Positions 40,273-49,519 of a stretch of DNA of 64,000 nucleotides are shown in pieces. The translations under genes were made by a program, and so were the position numbers. How positions within the stretch are numbered: position 1 is the stretch's first letter; each line of letters opens with the position of its first letter. This stretch comes from a virus. The stretch is from the IMG/VR virus record IMGVR_UViG_3300027906_000003, positions 32,001-96,000 of that record. One strand, 5' to 3'. Below the pieces are notes generated by a model. The model saw only the letters and a list, made by a program, of their open reading frames with translations. It did no database searches and had not been told where the DNA came from.

Positions 40273-40909
40273 ATATAACGATTACGCAATATCACCTGTA
40301 ATCATCGAACAAAACGAAAAAGGTGAGAAAGAATACTACATTGAAGGAGTATTCATGCAATCAGAAATTAAAAATAGAAACGGCAGAGTTTATCCAAAGA
40401 ACATAATGGAGAAAGAAGTAGGTCGTTATAGAAAAGAATTCATTGAAAAAGACCGAGCATTCGGTGAGTTGGGACATCCAGAGGGACCAACTATTAATTT
40501 AGACAGAGTTTCCCATTTAATTACATCACTAGAAGAAGATGGTGATAATTATATAGGGAGAGCAAAGATTTTAAGCACTCCAAATGGTCAAATCGTAAGA
40601 AGTTTGATTTCAGATGGTGCTAAATTAGGTGTTTCATCAAGAGGACTAGGTTCACTAGAGTCAAAAGGTGATGCACAATATGTTAAGGGTGACTTTCAGC
40701 TGGCAACAGCTGCGGACATCGTAGCAGACCCAAGTGCTCCAGAGGCCTTCGTTGAAGGAATCTATGAAGGAGTAGAGTGGGTAATGGAGAACGGTTTACT
40801 TAAAGCTGTTGAACTTGAAGCAATGCAGAGAGAAATCCGCACTGTCCAAGCGTCAAAACTAGAGGAAACCAAATTAAATTTATGGAAAAGGTTCGTTGAG
40901 AGTCTATAA
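40256..40909 (+). CDS. gp21: Prohead protease gp21
   Basis: NRNGRVYP, GELGHP, GVSSRGLGS, DIVADPSAP. Confidence 0.95.
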   Translation: MKLISEYNDYAISPVIIEQNEKGEKEYYIEGVFMQSEIKNRNGRVYPKNIMEKEVGRYRKEFIEKDRAFGELGHPEGPTINLDRVSHLITSLEEDGDNYIGRAKILSTPNGQIVRSLISDGAKLGVSSRGLGSLESKGDAQYVKGDFQLATAADIVADPSAPEAFVEGIYEGVEWVMENGLLKAVELEAMQREIRTVQASKLEETKLNLWKRFVESL

Positions 40910-40911
40910 CA

Positions 40912-40938
40912 TATAAATAAAAAAGTAAACTATAAATA
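40912..40938 (+). promoter_or_regulatory. Tandem late promoters (two TATAAATA)
   Basis: TATAAATA at 40912-40919 and 40931-40938 upstream of gp22-gp23. Confidence 0.75.
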
Positions 40939-40965
40939 GTTTAATACTCATAACAGGAGAAAAAA

Positions 40966-42327
40966 ATGGCAGAGTTAGAAAATAACCTAGAATCAACAGA
41001 AGAAGAAACTGTTGAAACAGTTGCGGAGGCAGGTCAACCTGACGCTAAGGCTGAAAAAGGTGACACAAAACCTGTTAAGCAAGGTTCATCCGACGAGGAG
41101 AAAATCGAATCGGGTAAGGGTGAGGTCGTTAAACCTGAAGAAAATCCTGTTGACAAATCAGTAGCATCAGTAAAAAAAGCTGGTGACGAAACTAAACAAG
41201 TTAAAGATGCAGTAAACAAATCTGCACCTGCTCCTGAGAAATCAGAAAAACTTAAAGAAGATGAAGATTCTGCGAAAGACGAAGTTAAAATGTCTAAAAT
41301 GGAATCAATCAAGGCGATTGTCAACAACATGAAGGATATGACCAAAGAGGAACTTCAAAAAACTTTTGGTGAAATGTCAGAAGAAGAAGTTGACGAGACC
41401 TTGACTAAAGCAGAAGTCGCTAGAAAAATCGTTGAAATGCTTAAAGCAATGGATGAAGAAGCAGTTCTTAAAATTGCAGAGAAGTATGAAGACGAAGAAG
41501 AAGAAGACGATGATGACGATGACAATGACGAAATGGAAGAGTCAGTCGACACATCAGACTTAGAATCTTCATTAGTAGAGATAGAAGTTGAAGACGACCT
41601 CAATGCAATCTCAGAAGCACTCGACTTATCAGAAGAGAATGCAGAGAAAGCTAGAACAATCTTTAAAGCAGCTGTTCAATCAAAAGTTGCAGAGATTAAA
41701 GAGTCTTTAGAATCTCAGTATTCAGACGAATTAAAAACCTCAGTAGAAAAAGTCAAAGGTGACCTTGCGGAAGCAGTTGATAAATATCTTACATATTGTG
41801 CAGAAGAGTGGACGAAAGAAAACGAACTTGCAATAGAAAGAGGTTTGAGAGCGGAAATGACTGAAAACTTTATCGAAGGAATGAAAACATTGTTCACTGA
41901 ACACTATGTTGAAGTACCAGAAGATAAGTATAATGTCATGGACGAACTCGCAAATAGACTCGATGAAATGGAACAAAAACTCGATTCAGAAGTTTCCAAG
42001 AATATGGAAGTTTCAGAAGAGTTAGATTCATTGAAGAGAGCAAATGTGGTCAGAGAAGCCTGTGAAGACTTAACTGAATCACAAAAAGAGAAAATGGAAT
42101 CACTTTCAAACGGAGTAGACTTCAAAGATACAGCAGATTTCTCAGAGAAAGTTGCTGAAATCAAAGAAGCTTATTTCGGTCAAGTTGAGGGTGACAACAT
42201 TGCAGAAGAAATGACTGTAGAAGAAGGAACAGGTTCTTTCGAAGATGATTCATCATCAGAAGAAGTTCTTGACCCAACTATTGCAAGATATTCATCTGCT
42301 ATAAGTAAACTAAAACCATTAGGTTAA
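40966..42327 (+). CDS. gp22: Prohead scaffold protein gp22
   Basis: Acidic coiled-coil; VDKYLTYCAEEW..EN.LAIE.GL, F.EHYVEVP. Confidence 0.9.
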   Translation: MAELENNLESTEEETVETVAEAGQPDAKAEKGDTKPVKQGSSDEEKIESGKGEVVKPEENPVDKSVASVKKAGDETKQVKDAVNKSAPAPEKSEKLKEDEDSAKDEVKMSKMESIKAIVNNMKDMTKEELQKTFGEMSEEEVDETLTKAEVARKIVEMLKAMDEEAVLKIAEKYEDEEEEDDDDDDNDEMEESVDTSDLESSLVEIEVEDDLNAISEALDLSEENAEKARTIFKAAVQSKVAEIKESLESQYSDELKTSVEKVKGDLAEAVDKYLTYCAEEWTKENELAIERGLRAEMTENFIEGMKTLFTEHYVEVPEDKYNVMDELANRLDEMEQKLDSEVSKNMEVSEELDSLKRANVVREACEDLTESQKEKMESLSNGVDFKDTADFSEKVAEIKEAYFGQVEGDNIAEEMTVEEGTGSFEDDSSSEEVLDPTIARYSSAISKLKPLG

Positions 42328-42347
42328 TTTAAAGGAAAAATGTAAAA

Positions 42348-43652
42348 ATGTTTTTATCAGAAAATTTACAAGAAAAATGGTCTCCTATACTTGAGCACTC
42401 AGATTTACCAAAAATCGAAGACAACTATAAGAGAGCTGTAACCGCAGTTATCCTTGAAAACCAAGAGAAAGCCCTAAACGAAGATAGAGCAACTCTTGAA
42501 GAAGCTGCACCTTTAAATGCTACTGGTTCTGCAATTAGTAATTGGGACCCAATCCTTATTTCACTAGTTCGTAGAGCTATGCCAAATCTCGTTGCTTACG
42601 ACATTTGTGGTGTTCAACCAATGACAGGTCCAACAGGTCTTATCTTTGCTATGAAAGCAAGATATCATGACGATGTTAACGCGACTAGAGATAATATGTC
42701 AGAAGCTTTATTTAATGAAGCTCGTTCAACATACTCTAATTCGCCTCAAACAACTTCAACTTCTGTAGGTTCTGACCCAATTGGTGACCCATTCGACACA
42801 TCATCTCCTTCATACGCAGACACTACTGGTGCTGGTATGTCAACAGCTAACGCTGAAGCATTAGGTGATGCGGCGGGCAACCATTTTGCAGAAATGGCTT
42901 TCACAATCGAGAAAGCAACTGTGACTGCAAAATCCAGAGCATTAAAAGCTGAGTATACACTCGAATTAGCACAAGACCTCAAAGCAATCCACGGTCTTGA
43001 TGCAGAATCAGAATTGGCAAACATCTTATCATCTGAGATTCTTGCTGAAATCAACCGTGAAGTTATCAGAAATGTTAACATGCAGGCTAAAACAGGTGCG
43101 TCAGCAACTGCTTCAGCAGGTACTTTCAACTTAGATGTTGATGCAAACGGAAGATGGTCAGTTGAGAAATTCAAAGGTTTGATTTTCCAAATCGAAAGAG
43201 AAGCTAATGTAATAGCAAAAGAAACACGAAGAGGTAAAGGTAACTTTATTCTTTGTTCTTCTGATGTTGCATCTGCTCTTTCAATGGCAGGAGTATTAGA
43301 TTACGCACCTGCTTTATCAACTTCTTTAAATGTTGATGACACAGGCAATACATTTGCTGGTGTTCTTAACGGTAAAGTTAAAGTATACATCGACCCTTAT
43401 GCAGGTGTTGATTATATGACAGTTGGTTACAGAGGAAGCAATCCTTATGACGCTGGTCTATTCTATTGCCCATATGTTCCACTTCAAATGGTGAGAGCAG
43501 TTGGCGAGAATACTTTCCAACCGAAAATTGGTTTCAAAACAAGATACGGAATGGTATCTAATCCTTTTGTTGGTGCTACACCAGCTGACGGAATGGCAAC
43601 TGCCGGAACAAACCAATACTACAGAAAGATGGCTGTTTCAAACATTCTATAA
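42348..43652 (+). CDS. gp23: Major capsid protein gp23
   Basis: GVQPMTGPTGLIFAM, KSRALKAEYTLELAQDLKAIHGLDAE, FQPKIGFKTRYG. Confidence 0.97.
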   Translation: MFLSENLQEKWSPILEHSDLPKIEDNYKRAVTAVILENQEKALNEDRATLEEAAPLNATGSAISNWDPILISLVRRAMPNLVAYDICGVQPMTGPTGLIFAMKARYHDDVNATRDNMSEALFNEARSTYSNSPQTTSTSVGSDPIGDPFDTSSPSYADTTGAGMSTANAEALGDAAGNHFAEMAFTIEKATVTAKSRALKAEYTLELAQDLKAIHGLDAESELANILSSEILAEINREVIRNVNMQAKTGASATASAGTFNLDVDANGRWSVEKFKGLIFQIEREANVIAKETRRGKGNFILCSSDVASALSMAGVLDYAPALSTSLNVDDTGNTFAGVLNGKVKVYIDPYAGVDYMTVGYRGSNPYDAGLFYCPYVPLQMVRAVGENTFQPKIGFKTRYGMVSNPFVGATPADGMATAGTNQYYRKMAVSNIL

Positions 43653-43677
43653 TCTGTATAATCGATTTATCGATATT

Positions 43678-43708
43678 AAAATCCCCTCCTTTCGAGGGGA
43701 TTTTTTTT
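43678..43708 (+). terminator. Rho-independent terminator (likely bidirectional)
   Basis: AAAATCCCCTC-CTTTC-GAGGGGA followed by 8 T. Confidence 0.88.
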
Positions 43709-43721
43709 GGTTCAGATAAAC

Positions 43722-43840
43722 GAAACCCCAATCACTTCTAGCTCTTCAGCAGGTTAATTGGGGTCTCTATTCTAGGAACTTCGCACCTCACTATCGTCAT
43801 TAGTTCTTGTGCCTGGTTTACCAGAGAGGTTGACGATTCC
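43722..43840 (-). ncRNA. Candidate structured RNA
   Basis: Several nested stems in a comparatively GC-rich noncoding gap; see findings. Confidence 0.4.
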
Positions 43841-43848
43841 TCGGTTTC

Positions 43849-44316
43849 CTAAAAATCTCCGTCTGCAACTTGGACTACATTAAATCCTTTTGCTCTCCAC
43901 ATATCAACGACTTTATTTCTATCATCGAAGATTAAATCAATCTTACCACCTAAAGCAAAGAACTTGTCTGCTAAATGTGATTTGAACTCAGCATCATCTG
44001 AGAAGTCTCCATCAGGTCTCAAAAAGACTCCTTGATGGCCATCTCCAATCCATTCAGAGATTTGTTTCTCAGTGATAGCTCTTTCAGATTCATTTCTTGC
44101 AGAGAAAAATGCAACATTATCTCCTTGTGCAATAAATCTTTTTGCAATATCACACACCCATTGAACAGGTGTATCATTTACTGTTTCTTTTTTGAAAGAA
44201 TTCCAATCTTTATTACCACCATTAACAAAATGTCTTCTATGTTCGACATCTGCAATAGTGCCGTCAACATCAAAAATGACAGTTTTTGGTGGAATTGTGT
44301 TGAATCTTTTAGTCAT
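43849..44316 (-). CDS. Stand-alone HAD phosphatase (PseT/PNKP 3'-phosphatase domain-like)
   Basis: IFDVDGTIA, FSAR, LRPDGD...D...K, FDDR motifs. Start moved to ATG 44316, directly after a sigma70 promoter. Confidence 0.8.
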   Translation of the reverse strand: MTKRFNTIPPKTVIFDVDGTIADVEHRRHFVNGGNKDWNSFKKETVNDTPVQWVCDIAKRFIAQGDNVAFFSARNESERAITEKQISEWIGDGHQGVFLRPDGDFSDDAEFKSHLADKFFALGGKIDLIFDDRNKVVDMWRAKGFNVVQVADGDF

Positions 44317-44322
44317 GTATAC

Positions 44323-44352
44323 ATTATATAAAAAAAGTGACCGCTTTGTCAA
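44323..44352 (-). promoter_or_regulatory. Sigma70-type early promoter
   Basis: TTGACA-18 bp-TATAAT on the minus strand, 6 nt before the ATG. Confidence 0.8.
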
Positions 44353-44360
44353 CGCATAAA

Positions 44361-44368
44361 TATAAATA
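44361..44368 (+). promoter_or_regulatory. T4-type late promoter TATAAATA
   Basis: Exact consensus, back-to-back with the early promoter. Confidence 0.75.
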
Positions 44369-44371
44369 GTT

Positions 44372-44611
44372 ATGGAGAATACTATGAAACAATATGAAAA
44401 GACTGTTGATGTTTTAGAAGGACCTTGGGAATCGAAATCATTTCCAAAAGGAAAAGAAACAACTAAAAACATAATCAGCAGAAAGATAACAACAGTGTAT
44501 AAAAAAGATGGTTATCTATGTGAAGAAATCAATCTAAGAGAGTATCGAGGTGAAGATTACCATGATACTTCAACAAGCAAGAGGATAATCAAACTTGACA
44601 ACAACGATTAA
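44372..44611 (+). CDS. Hypothetical protein
   Basis: 79-aa ORF after a late promoter; the true start may be the second Met (GGAG SD). Confidence 0.6.
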   Translation: MENTMKQYEKTVDVLEGPWESKSFPKGKETTKNIISRKITTVYKKDGYLCEEINLREYRGEDYHDTSTSKRIIKLDNND

Positions 44612-45134
44612 TAAATCTATTCTAAATAAGAATAACTTTAGATTACTTATAGACAAGATACCAACAGTTGAATACTATGTTCAATCTGTTAATATACCTG
44701 GTCTTGCATTCACTGAACTCAGACAAGGTGCTGGTGTTGGGTTAGACGCATATTTTCCAGGTGATAAAATTGAATTTGGTAAACTAAGTGTCAAATTCTT
44801 AGTAGATGAAGATTTAGAAAACTTCAAAGAAGTTTATGATTGGATGAATGCAATCGTTCCAATAAAAGACCCAGCAGATTATAGTGCCTACACAGCTACT
44901 CAAAAAACTTCATCAGGTTTAATGAGTGGTGTTGATAGTGATTTAAATCAGTATTCTGATATCACATTAGTGACAAATACAAATAAGAACATACCAAACA
45001 AGTTCTTTAGATTTCATGACTGTTTTCCTACATCATTAGGAGAACTAGAATTGATTTCTGGTTCAGATAGTGAACCAGTGACATGCCAAGTAGATTTTAT
45101 ATTCTCGTATTACGATATAGATTCTGGCTCTTAA
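44595..45134 (+). CDS. gp3: Tail completion / tube terminator gp3-like
   Basis: Y.QSVNIPG, FLVDEDLENF.EVYDWM, F.DCFPTSL; synteny before uvsY. Confidence 0.8.
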   Translation: MTTTINKSILNKNNFRLLIDKIPTVEYYVQSVNIPGLAFTELRQGAGVGLDAYFPGDKIEFGKLSVKFLVDEDLENFKEVYDWMNAIVPIKDPADYSAYTATQKTSSGLMSGVDSDLNQYSDITLVTNTNKNIPNKFFRFHDCFPTSLGELELISGSDSEPVTCQVDFIFSYYDIDSGS

Positions 45135-45177
45135 ATCCCCTTATAAATACTAGTATATTATGTTATAATGGTCGTAT

Positions 45178-45621
45178 ATGACTTTAGATGAAATTAAATT
45201 GATGTGGAAAGAAGACTGTATTGTCGATGATATAGAACTCGACAAATCAAGTCTCGATGTCCCTAAACTACATGCAAAGTATTCAGAACTACTTACTGAT
45301 ACTTTGGTCAAACTCAAACAATGCCAGTTTCAATATAACCTTATTCTTAAAGATAAATGGTTGTGGTATAATGGTAAGTTAGATAAAGAGACCATAGAGA
45401 AACATGGTTGGAAAGATGACCCATTTGATGGCATGAGAGTAATGAAAGCTGATATGCACTACTTCTTTAATTCAGATGAAGACTTAACCAAATTAAAAGC
45501 AAGAGAAGATTTACTAAAAATACAAATGGACTTTCTCAAAGAGTGTATGCAAAACATCACTTGGAGACACCAAACGATTAAGAATACAATCGATTGGAGA
45601 AAGTTTATGGCAGGACAATAA
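45178..45621 (+). CDS. uvsY: Recombination mediator UvsY
   Basis: SLDVPKLHAKY, WLWYNGK, IKNTIDWRKF. Confidence 0.9.
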   Translation: MTLDEIKLMWKEDCIVDDIELDKSSLDVPKLHAKYSELLTDTLVKLKQCQFQYNLILKDKWLWYNGKLDKETIEKHGWKDDPFDGMRVMKADMHYFFNSDEDLTKLKAREDLLKIQMDFLKECMQNITWRHQTIKNTIDWRKFMAGQ

Positions 45622-46286
45622 TGTTATATCATAACTATCTATATGGATTACCAGCATTCTTTACAGATGAAGAATGTGAACTACTTATAGATATTGCAAG
45701 TCAAACTGAAATAAAAACAGGACAAGTAGGAAATCCAACCAATAAAAAAGGAGATAAAGGAACTGAAGATAACCGAATAAGAAGTTCTTCAGTATGTTGG
45801 TTTTTAGAAGATATGGTTCCTGCTCATATAGAACAGAAGATACACGATGCAATGTGTTTAGCAAATGAAGACACAGGTTGGAATTTTGATATTGCATATA
45901 GACAATCATATCAATATACAATATATAATTCTCCTGAAACAACTAAAAAGGATAAAGGAGATTTTTATACTTGGCATACAGATTCAGGTCCAGAAAGAGA
46001 CGAACAAAATATGTTAAGAAAATTAAGTTTCACATTACAGTTATCATCTCCAGATGATTATGAGGGTGGTTATTTTCAATGGATGGAACCACAAAGAGCA
46101 TTTGATTGCATGGATGATTCCCCTATTATAGATATGACTGACCACATCAAGACATTACCTTACTCAGTAAAAGATAAAGGTTCAATATTTTTCTTTCCTT
46201 CATATATGCACCATAGAGTCACACCTGTGACAAGAGGCCAAAGAAAATCCTTTGTCGGCTGGTGTGTAGGTAATAGTTATGTCTAA
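45621..46286 (+). CDS. 2OG-Fe(II) oxygenase (PKHD-type)
   Basis: FYTWHTD, RKLSFTLQLS..DYEGG, FPSYMHHRVTPVTRG.RKS.V.W. Confidence 0.88.
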   Translation: MLYHNYLYGLPAFFTDEECELLIDIASQTEIKTGQVGNPTNKKGDKGTEDNRIRSSSVCWFLEDMVPAHIEQKIHDAMCLANEDTGWNFDIAYRQSYQYTIYNSPETTKKDKGDFYTWHTDSGPERDEQNMLRKLSFTLQLSSPDDYEGGYFQWMEPQRAFDCMDDSPIIDMTDHIKTLPYSVKDKGSIFFFPSYMHHRVTPVTRGQRKSFVGWCVGNSYV

Positions 46287-47706
46287 TATAGTAAGAGTTT
46301 CTAAAATAGATGAGGTCTTTTTAAAAGTCCATTGTGATGATGGTCTTGCAAGAGACTTATTTGATTTCTTTTCTTTTACAGTTCCAAATGCAAAGTTCAT
46401 GCCGTCTTATAGAAACAAATTTTGGGATGGTAAAGTTAGACTATTCTCTATCAAAACACATAAAATTTACATAGGTCTATTACCTTATATCGATGAATTC
46501 TGTAAAGAAAGAGGATTTGAATTCGAAGGAGTTGAAGAGGTTTTAGGTATTAAAGAGAGACAGCCTGAATTAGATGAATTTGTCAAGGGGCTTGACTTAC
46601 CATTTGAACCTCGTGGATATCAATTAGAAGCATTAAAATCCAGTGTTCAGTATGGAAGACAACTTCTTTTATCTCCAACTGCATCTGGTAAATCTCTTAT
46701 CATCTATATGTTGGCAAGATACTACAACAAGAAAACAATTATCATAGTGCCAACTACATCACTTGTAGAACAAATGTCAAAGGACTTTATAGATTATGGT
46801 TATAAAGAACCAGTCTGTAAGATATATCATGGTCAAGAAGTATTCGATGCACCTATAACAGTGACAACATGGCAGAGTTTTGCAAAGGCACCTAAAGAAG
46901 TATTACAATCATTTGATGTTGTAGTAGGAGATGAAGCACATCTATTTAAAGCACAAACACTGAAAGGTATCTTAGAGAAGATGAAGACTACTGCAATTAG
47001 AATAGGAACCACAGGAACTTTAGATGGTACCGAAGTTCATAGATTACAACTAGAGGGTCTTTTTGGTCCTGTTAAGAAAGTTATATCTTCTGCAGAGTTG
47101 ATTGAAGAGGGTACGATTGCAAAAATTGACATACAAACCGTCATACTCCGTCATACTAAACAAAAAAAGATGTCATACCAAGATGAAATGAATTATCTAG
47201 TATCACATCAAGGTAGAAATCAGTTTATAACAAATCTAGTAGGAAGTTTAAGAGGTAATACATTAGTATTGTTTCAGTATGTAGAGAAACATGGTCAAGT
47301 CTTGTGGGAGATGTTTAACCCAATGGTAAGTAGAATGAACGGAACATTACACTATGTTTATGGTGGAACAGATACAGAAGATAGAGAAAATGTAAGAGAG
47401 ATAGTAGAGAATAGTAAAAAGAAAAACAATGTTATACTTGCATCATATGGAACATTCTCAACTGGTGTTAATATTAAAAAGATTGATAATGTTGTATTTG
47501 CAAGTCCTTCAAAGTCAAGAATAAGAAACTTGCAATCGATTGGTAGAGGTCTTCGTAAGGCCGATGGTAAAGATAGTATGAGACTGTTTGACATTGCAGA
47601 TGATTTACAATGTGAGAATCATACACTAAATCACTTGAAAGAAAGGATAAATATCTATAACGAGGAAAGTTTTCCTTATACAATCCAACAATTCGATTTA
47701 AAGTAA
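46279..47706 (+). CDS. uvsW: SF2 DNA helicase UvsW
   Basis: WDGKVRLF, SPTASGKS, DEAH, QSIGRGLR. Confidence 0.95.
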   Translation: MSNIVRVSKIDEVFLKVHCDDGLARDLFDFFSFTVPNAKFMPSYRNKFWDGKVRLFSIKTHKIYIGLLPYIDEFCKERGFEFEGVEEVLGIKERQPELDEFVKGLDLPFEPRGYQLEALKSSVQYGRQLLLSPTASGKSLIIYMLARYYNKKTIIIVPTTSLVEQMSKDFIDYGYKEPVCKIYHGQEVFDAPITVTTWQSFAKAPKEVLQSFDVVVGDEAHLFKAQTLKGILEKMKTTAIRIGTTGTLDGTEVHRLQLEGLFGPVKKVISSAELIEEGTIAKIDIQTVILRHTKQKKMSYQDEMNYLVSHQGRNQFITNLVGSLRGNTLVLFQYVEKHGQVLWEMFNPMVSRMNGTLHYVYGGTDTEDRENVREIVENSKKKNNVILASYGTFSTGVNIKKIDNVVFASPSKSRIRNLQSIGRGLRKADGKDSMRLFDIADDLQCENHTLNHLKERINIYNEESFPYTIQQFDLK

Positions 47707-48173
47707 TGACAAGACCATCAGATTTAACACCCAAACAATACGAAGTTTTAAAACTTAGAAATGGGTTAGAAGTAGTTGGTATGACAAGAGATACAGCACA
47801 AGGTATTGAAGTCACATTACCGATGGTATGCAGACTATCGGCAGGTGCCACACCAGTGGAAACACTTGCAACATTTTATCCTTATGCACCATTATCATCA
47901 GATACTACAGTGACAGTTCCTATAGACCACATTCTACATAGAAATGTAATGAATCAACAATACATTCCGTTTTATGATGAAGCAAGTTCTCAGTGGTTAG
48001 ATATGTTAGAAAACAATTCTATACCTTTGATAAACGGAACTGCAAAAAGAAAATACATAGACAAAATTTTAAACAATTTAATTAATGAAGTATCAGAAGA
48101 TTATGATTATGAGGACTTTGATTTAGAATTCGAAGAATCTCTCCCACCAATAGATAAGAAAAAACTACATTAG
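47706..48173 (+). CDS. Conserved T4-like hypothetical protein (between uvsW and gp55)
   Basis: LKL.NG.EVVG N-motif, acidic tail ending KKLH. Confidence 0.65.
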   Translation: MTRPSDLTPKQYEVLKLRNGLEVVGMTRDTAQGIEVTLPMVCRLSAGATPVETLATFYPYAPLSSDTTVTVPIDHILHRNVMNQQYIPFYDEASSQWLDMLENNSIPLINGTAKRKYIDKILNNLINEVSEDYDYEDFDLEFEESLPPIDKKKLH

Positions 48174-48259
48174 GTTTTATTTCCTTCTAAATAAGTGCGT
48201 ATAAATTAGGTCTATATACCATTATACAAAATTTTTATAACTAAACTTTTAGGAAAACC

Positions 48260-48433
48260 ATGACCACAGCAACTTTGATTGCGAAGAGCATGGTGCGAAA
48301 AGCTAGAGAAGTCAATCATATCATTCGACCTCAAAAACGAAAATTGATTGAAACTATCGAATTTCTAGTGCTGATGACTCTTCCGTTTGTAATACCATTT
48401 GTCGTTATATATTTCTCTCGTTGGGGAATATAA
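48260..48433 (+). CDS. Small membrane protein (57 aa)
   Basis: Hand-translated; AGGA SD; C-terminal FLVLMTLPFVIPFVVIYF. Confidence 0.6.
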   Translation: MTTATLIAKSMVRKAREVNHIIRPQKRKLIETIEFLVLMTLPFVIPFVVIYFSRWGI

Positions 48434-48434
48434 A

Positions 48435-48536
48435 ATGTCCAAAAAACAAGTTGAAAAACTTAGAGATACTATGGAGATAACCACTCTTGTGGCTATCTTC
48501 ATGCTCTCTGTTGTTTCAATTACAGGAATATCATAA
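48435..48536 (+). CDS. Small membrane peptide (33 aa)
   Basis: MSKKQVEKLRDTMEITTLVAIFMLSVVSITGIS; starts 1 nt after the previous stop. Confidence 0.5.
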   Translation: MSKKQVEKLRDTMEITTLVAIFMLSVVSITGIS

Positions 48537-48706
48537 TGAAAGAAGAAAAAGTATTGCAAATAGTGAACCTTTCTCCTAGTGAATCAGTAATAGAACGAAT
48601 TGTTGAAGTTCACCCAATGAAACAAATTGCAGTCATGTCAGTAGTGCAAGTTCTTGTATTCGCTTTTATGATGTTATCCTTTTGGTCAATAAACCTATTC
48701 TTATGA
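48536..48706 (+). CDS. Small membrane protein (56 aa)
   Basis: TAATG coupling; C-terminal IAVMSVVQVLVFAFMMLSFW. Confidence 0.55.
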   Translation: MKEEKVLQIVNLSPSESVIERIVEVHPMKQIAVMSVVQVLVFAFMMLSFWSINLFL

Positions 48707-48837
48707 AACACTATATAATATACACAATGATGAGTTTATGTATGTTTTACCTTGCAATTGGTGAAATGGATAGAATGAGTCGTGCTACCGAGTTCATAAC
48801 TACTAGTTATAGAGTTAAAGATGTTATCTCTTCCTAA
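48703..48837 (+). CDS. Small membrane peptide (44 aa)
   Basis: ATGA coupling; N-terminal YIIYTMMSLCMFYLAI. Confidence 0.5.
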   Translation: MKHYIIYTMMSLCMFYLAIGEMDRMSRATEFITTSYRVKDVISS

Positions 48838-48970
48838 TGGTTCCCTAACCGGCAACATATTCATTTTATCATAAATTCCTCCTTTGTATAGTGGTTTTTT
48901 AATAAAAACTTAAAAAAAATAAATATAAAAACCACCTTACAGGACACAGGAAATTGTGTATAATGTATAC

Positions 48971-49519
48971 ATGACTACGAAAAAAGTAAACGAACACTAT
49001 GTAAACAACAAAGAGTTCACTGCGGCTGTTGCTGAATACTCAGCAGGAATCAAAGAAGCCAAGGCCAATGACACTGAACTCCCTAAAATGTCTGAATACA
49101 TAGGTGAATGTATCTACAAAATTGCTACTCGACTATCGACTAGACCCAATTTTATCAATTATACCTACAGAGACGAAATGATATGTGATGCAATCGAAAA
49201 TTGTATTCAGTATATCGGAAACTTCAATGTAGAAAAGTCAAACAACGCATTTGCGTATATCACTCAGATATGCTATTATGCTTTCCTAAGAAGGATTCAA
49301 AAAGAAAAGAAACAAGTCTATATTAAACAGAAGACCATTGAAGAAAGTGGTATCACTATGGATGCTTTTGAAACTATCGATGGCCAACACGACCCAAGTT
49401 TATCGAACACGAATGTTGAATGGATGCAGGAGAACATGAATCGTGTTGAATATGAACCACGCAAGTCTAAAAGAAAGACTGCGGTAAAAAAGAAAAACTT
49501 AGAAAACTTTACTGAATGA
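48971..49519 (+). CDS. gp55: Late-transcription sigma factor gp55
   Basis: HYVNNKEF, RPNFINYTYRDEMICDAIENC, NAFAYITQICYYAFLRRIQKEK. Start set at the ATG after TATAAT (48959-48964). Confidence 0.95.
   Translation: MTTKKVNEHYVNNKEFTAAVAEYSAGIKEAKANDTELPKMSEYIGECIYKIATRLSTRPNFINYTYRDEMICDAIENCIQYIGNFNVEKSNNAFAYITQICYYAFLRRIQKEKKQVYIKQKTIEESGITMDAFETIDGQHDPSLSNTNVEWMQENMNRVEYEPRKSKRKTAVKKKNLENFTE

Noticed and set aside
34045-43652. Introns or inteins in terminase, sheath, portal or capsid genes
   Set aside because: All are uninterrupted and of ordinary length, with no intein or homing-endonuclease motifs seen.
43730-43760. Hammerhead ribozyme (CUGAAGA on the minus strand)
   Set aside because: No correctly placed GAAA core or three-stem arrangement; kept only as a generic structured RNA candidate.
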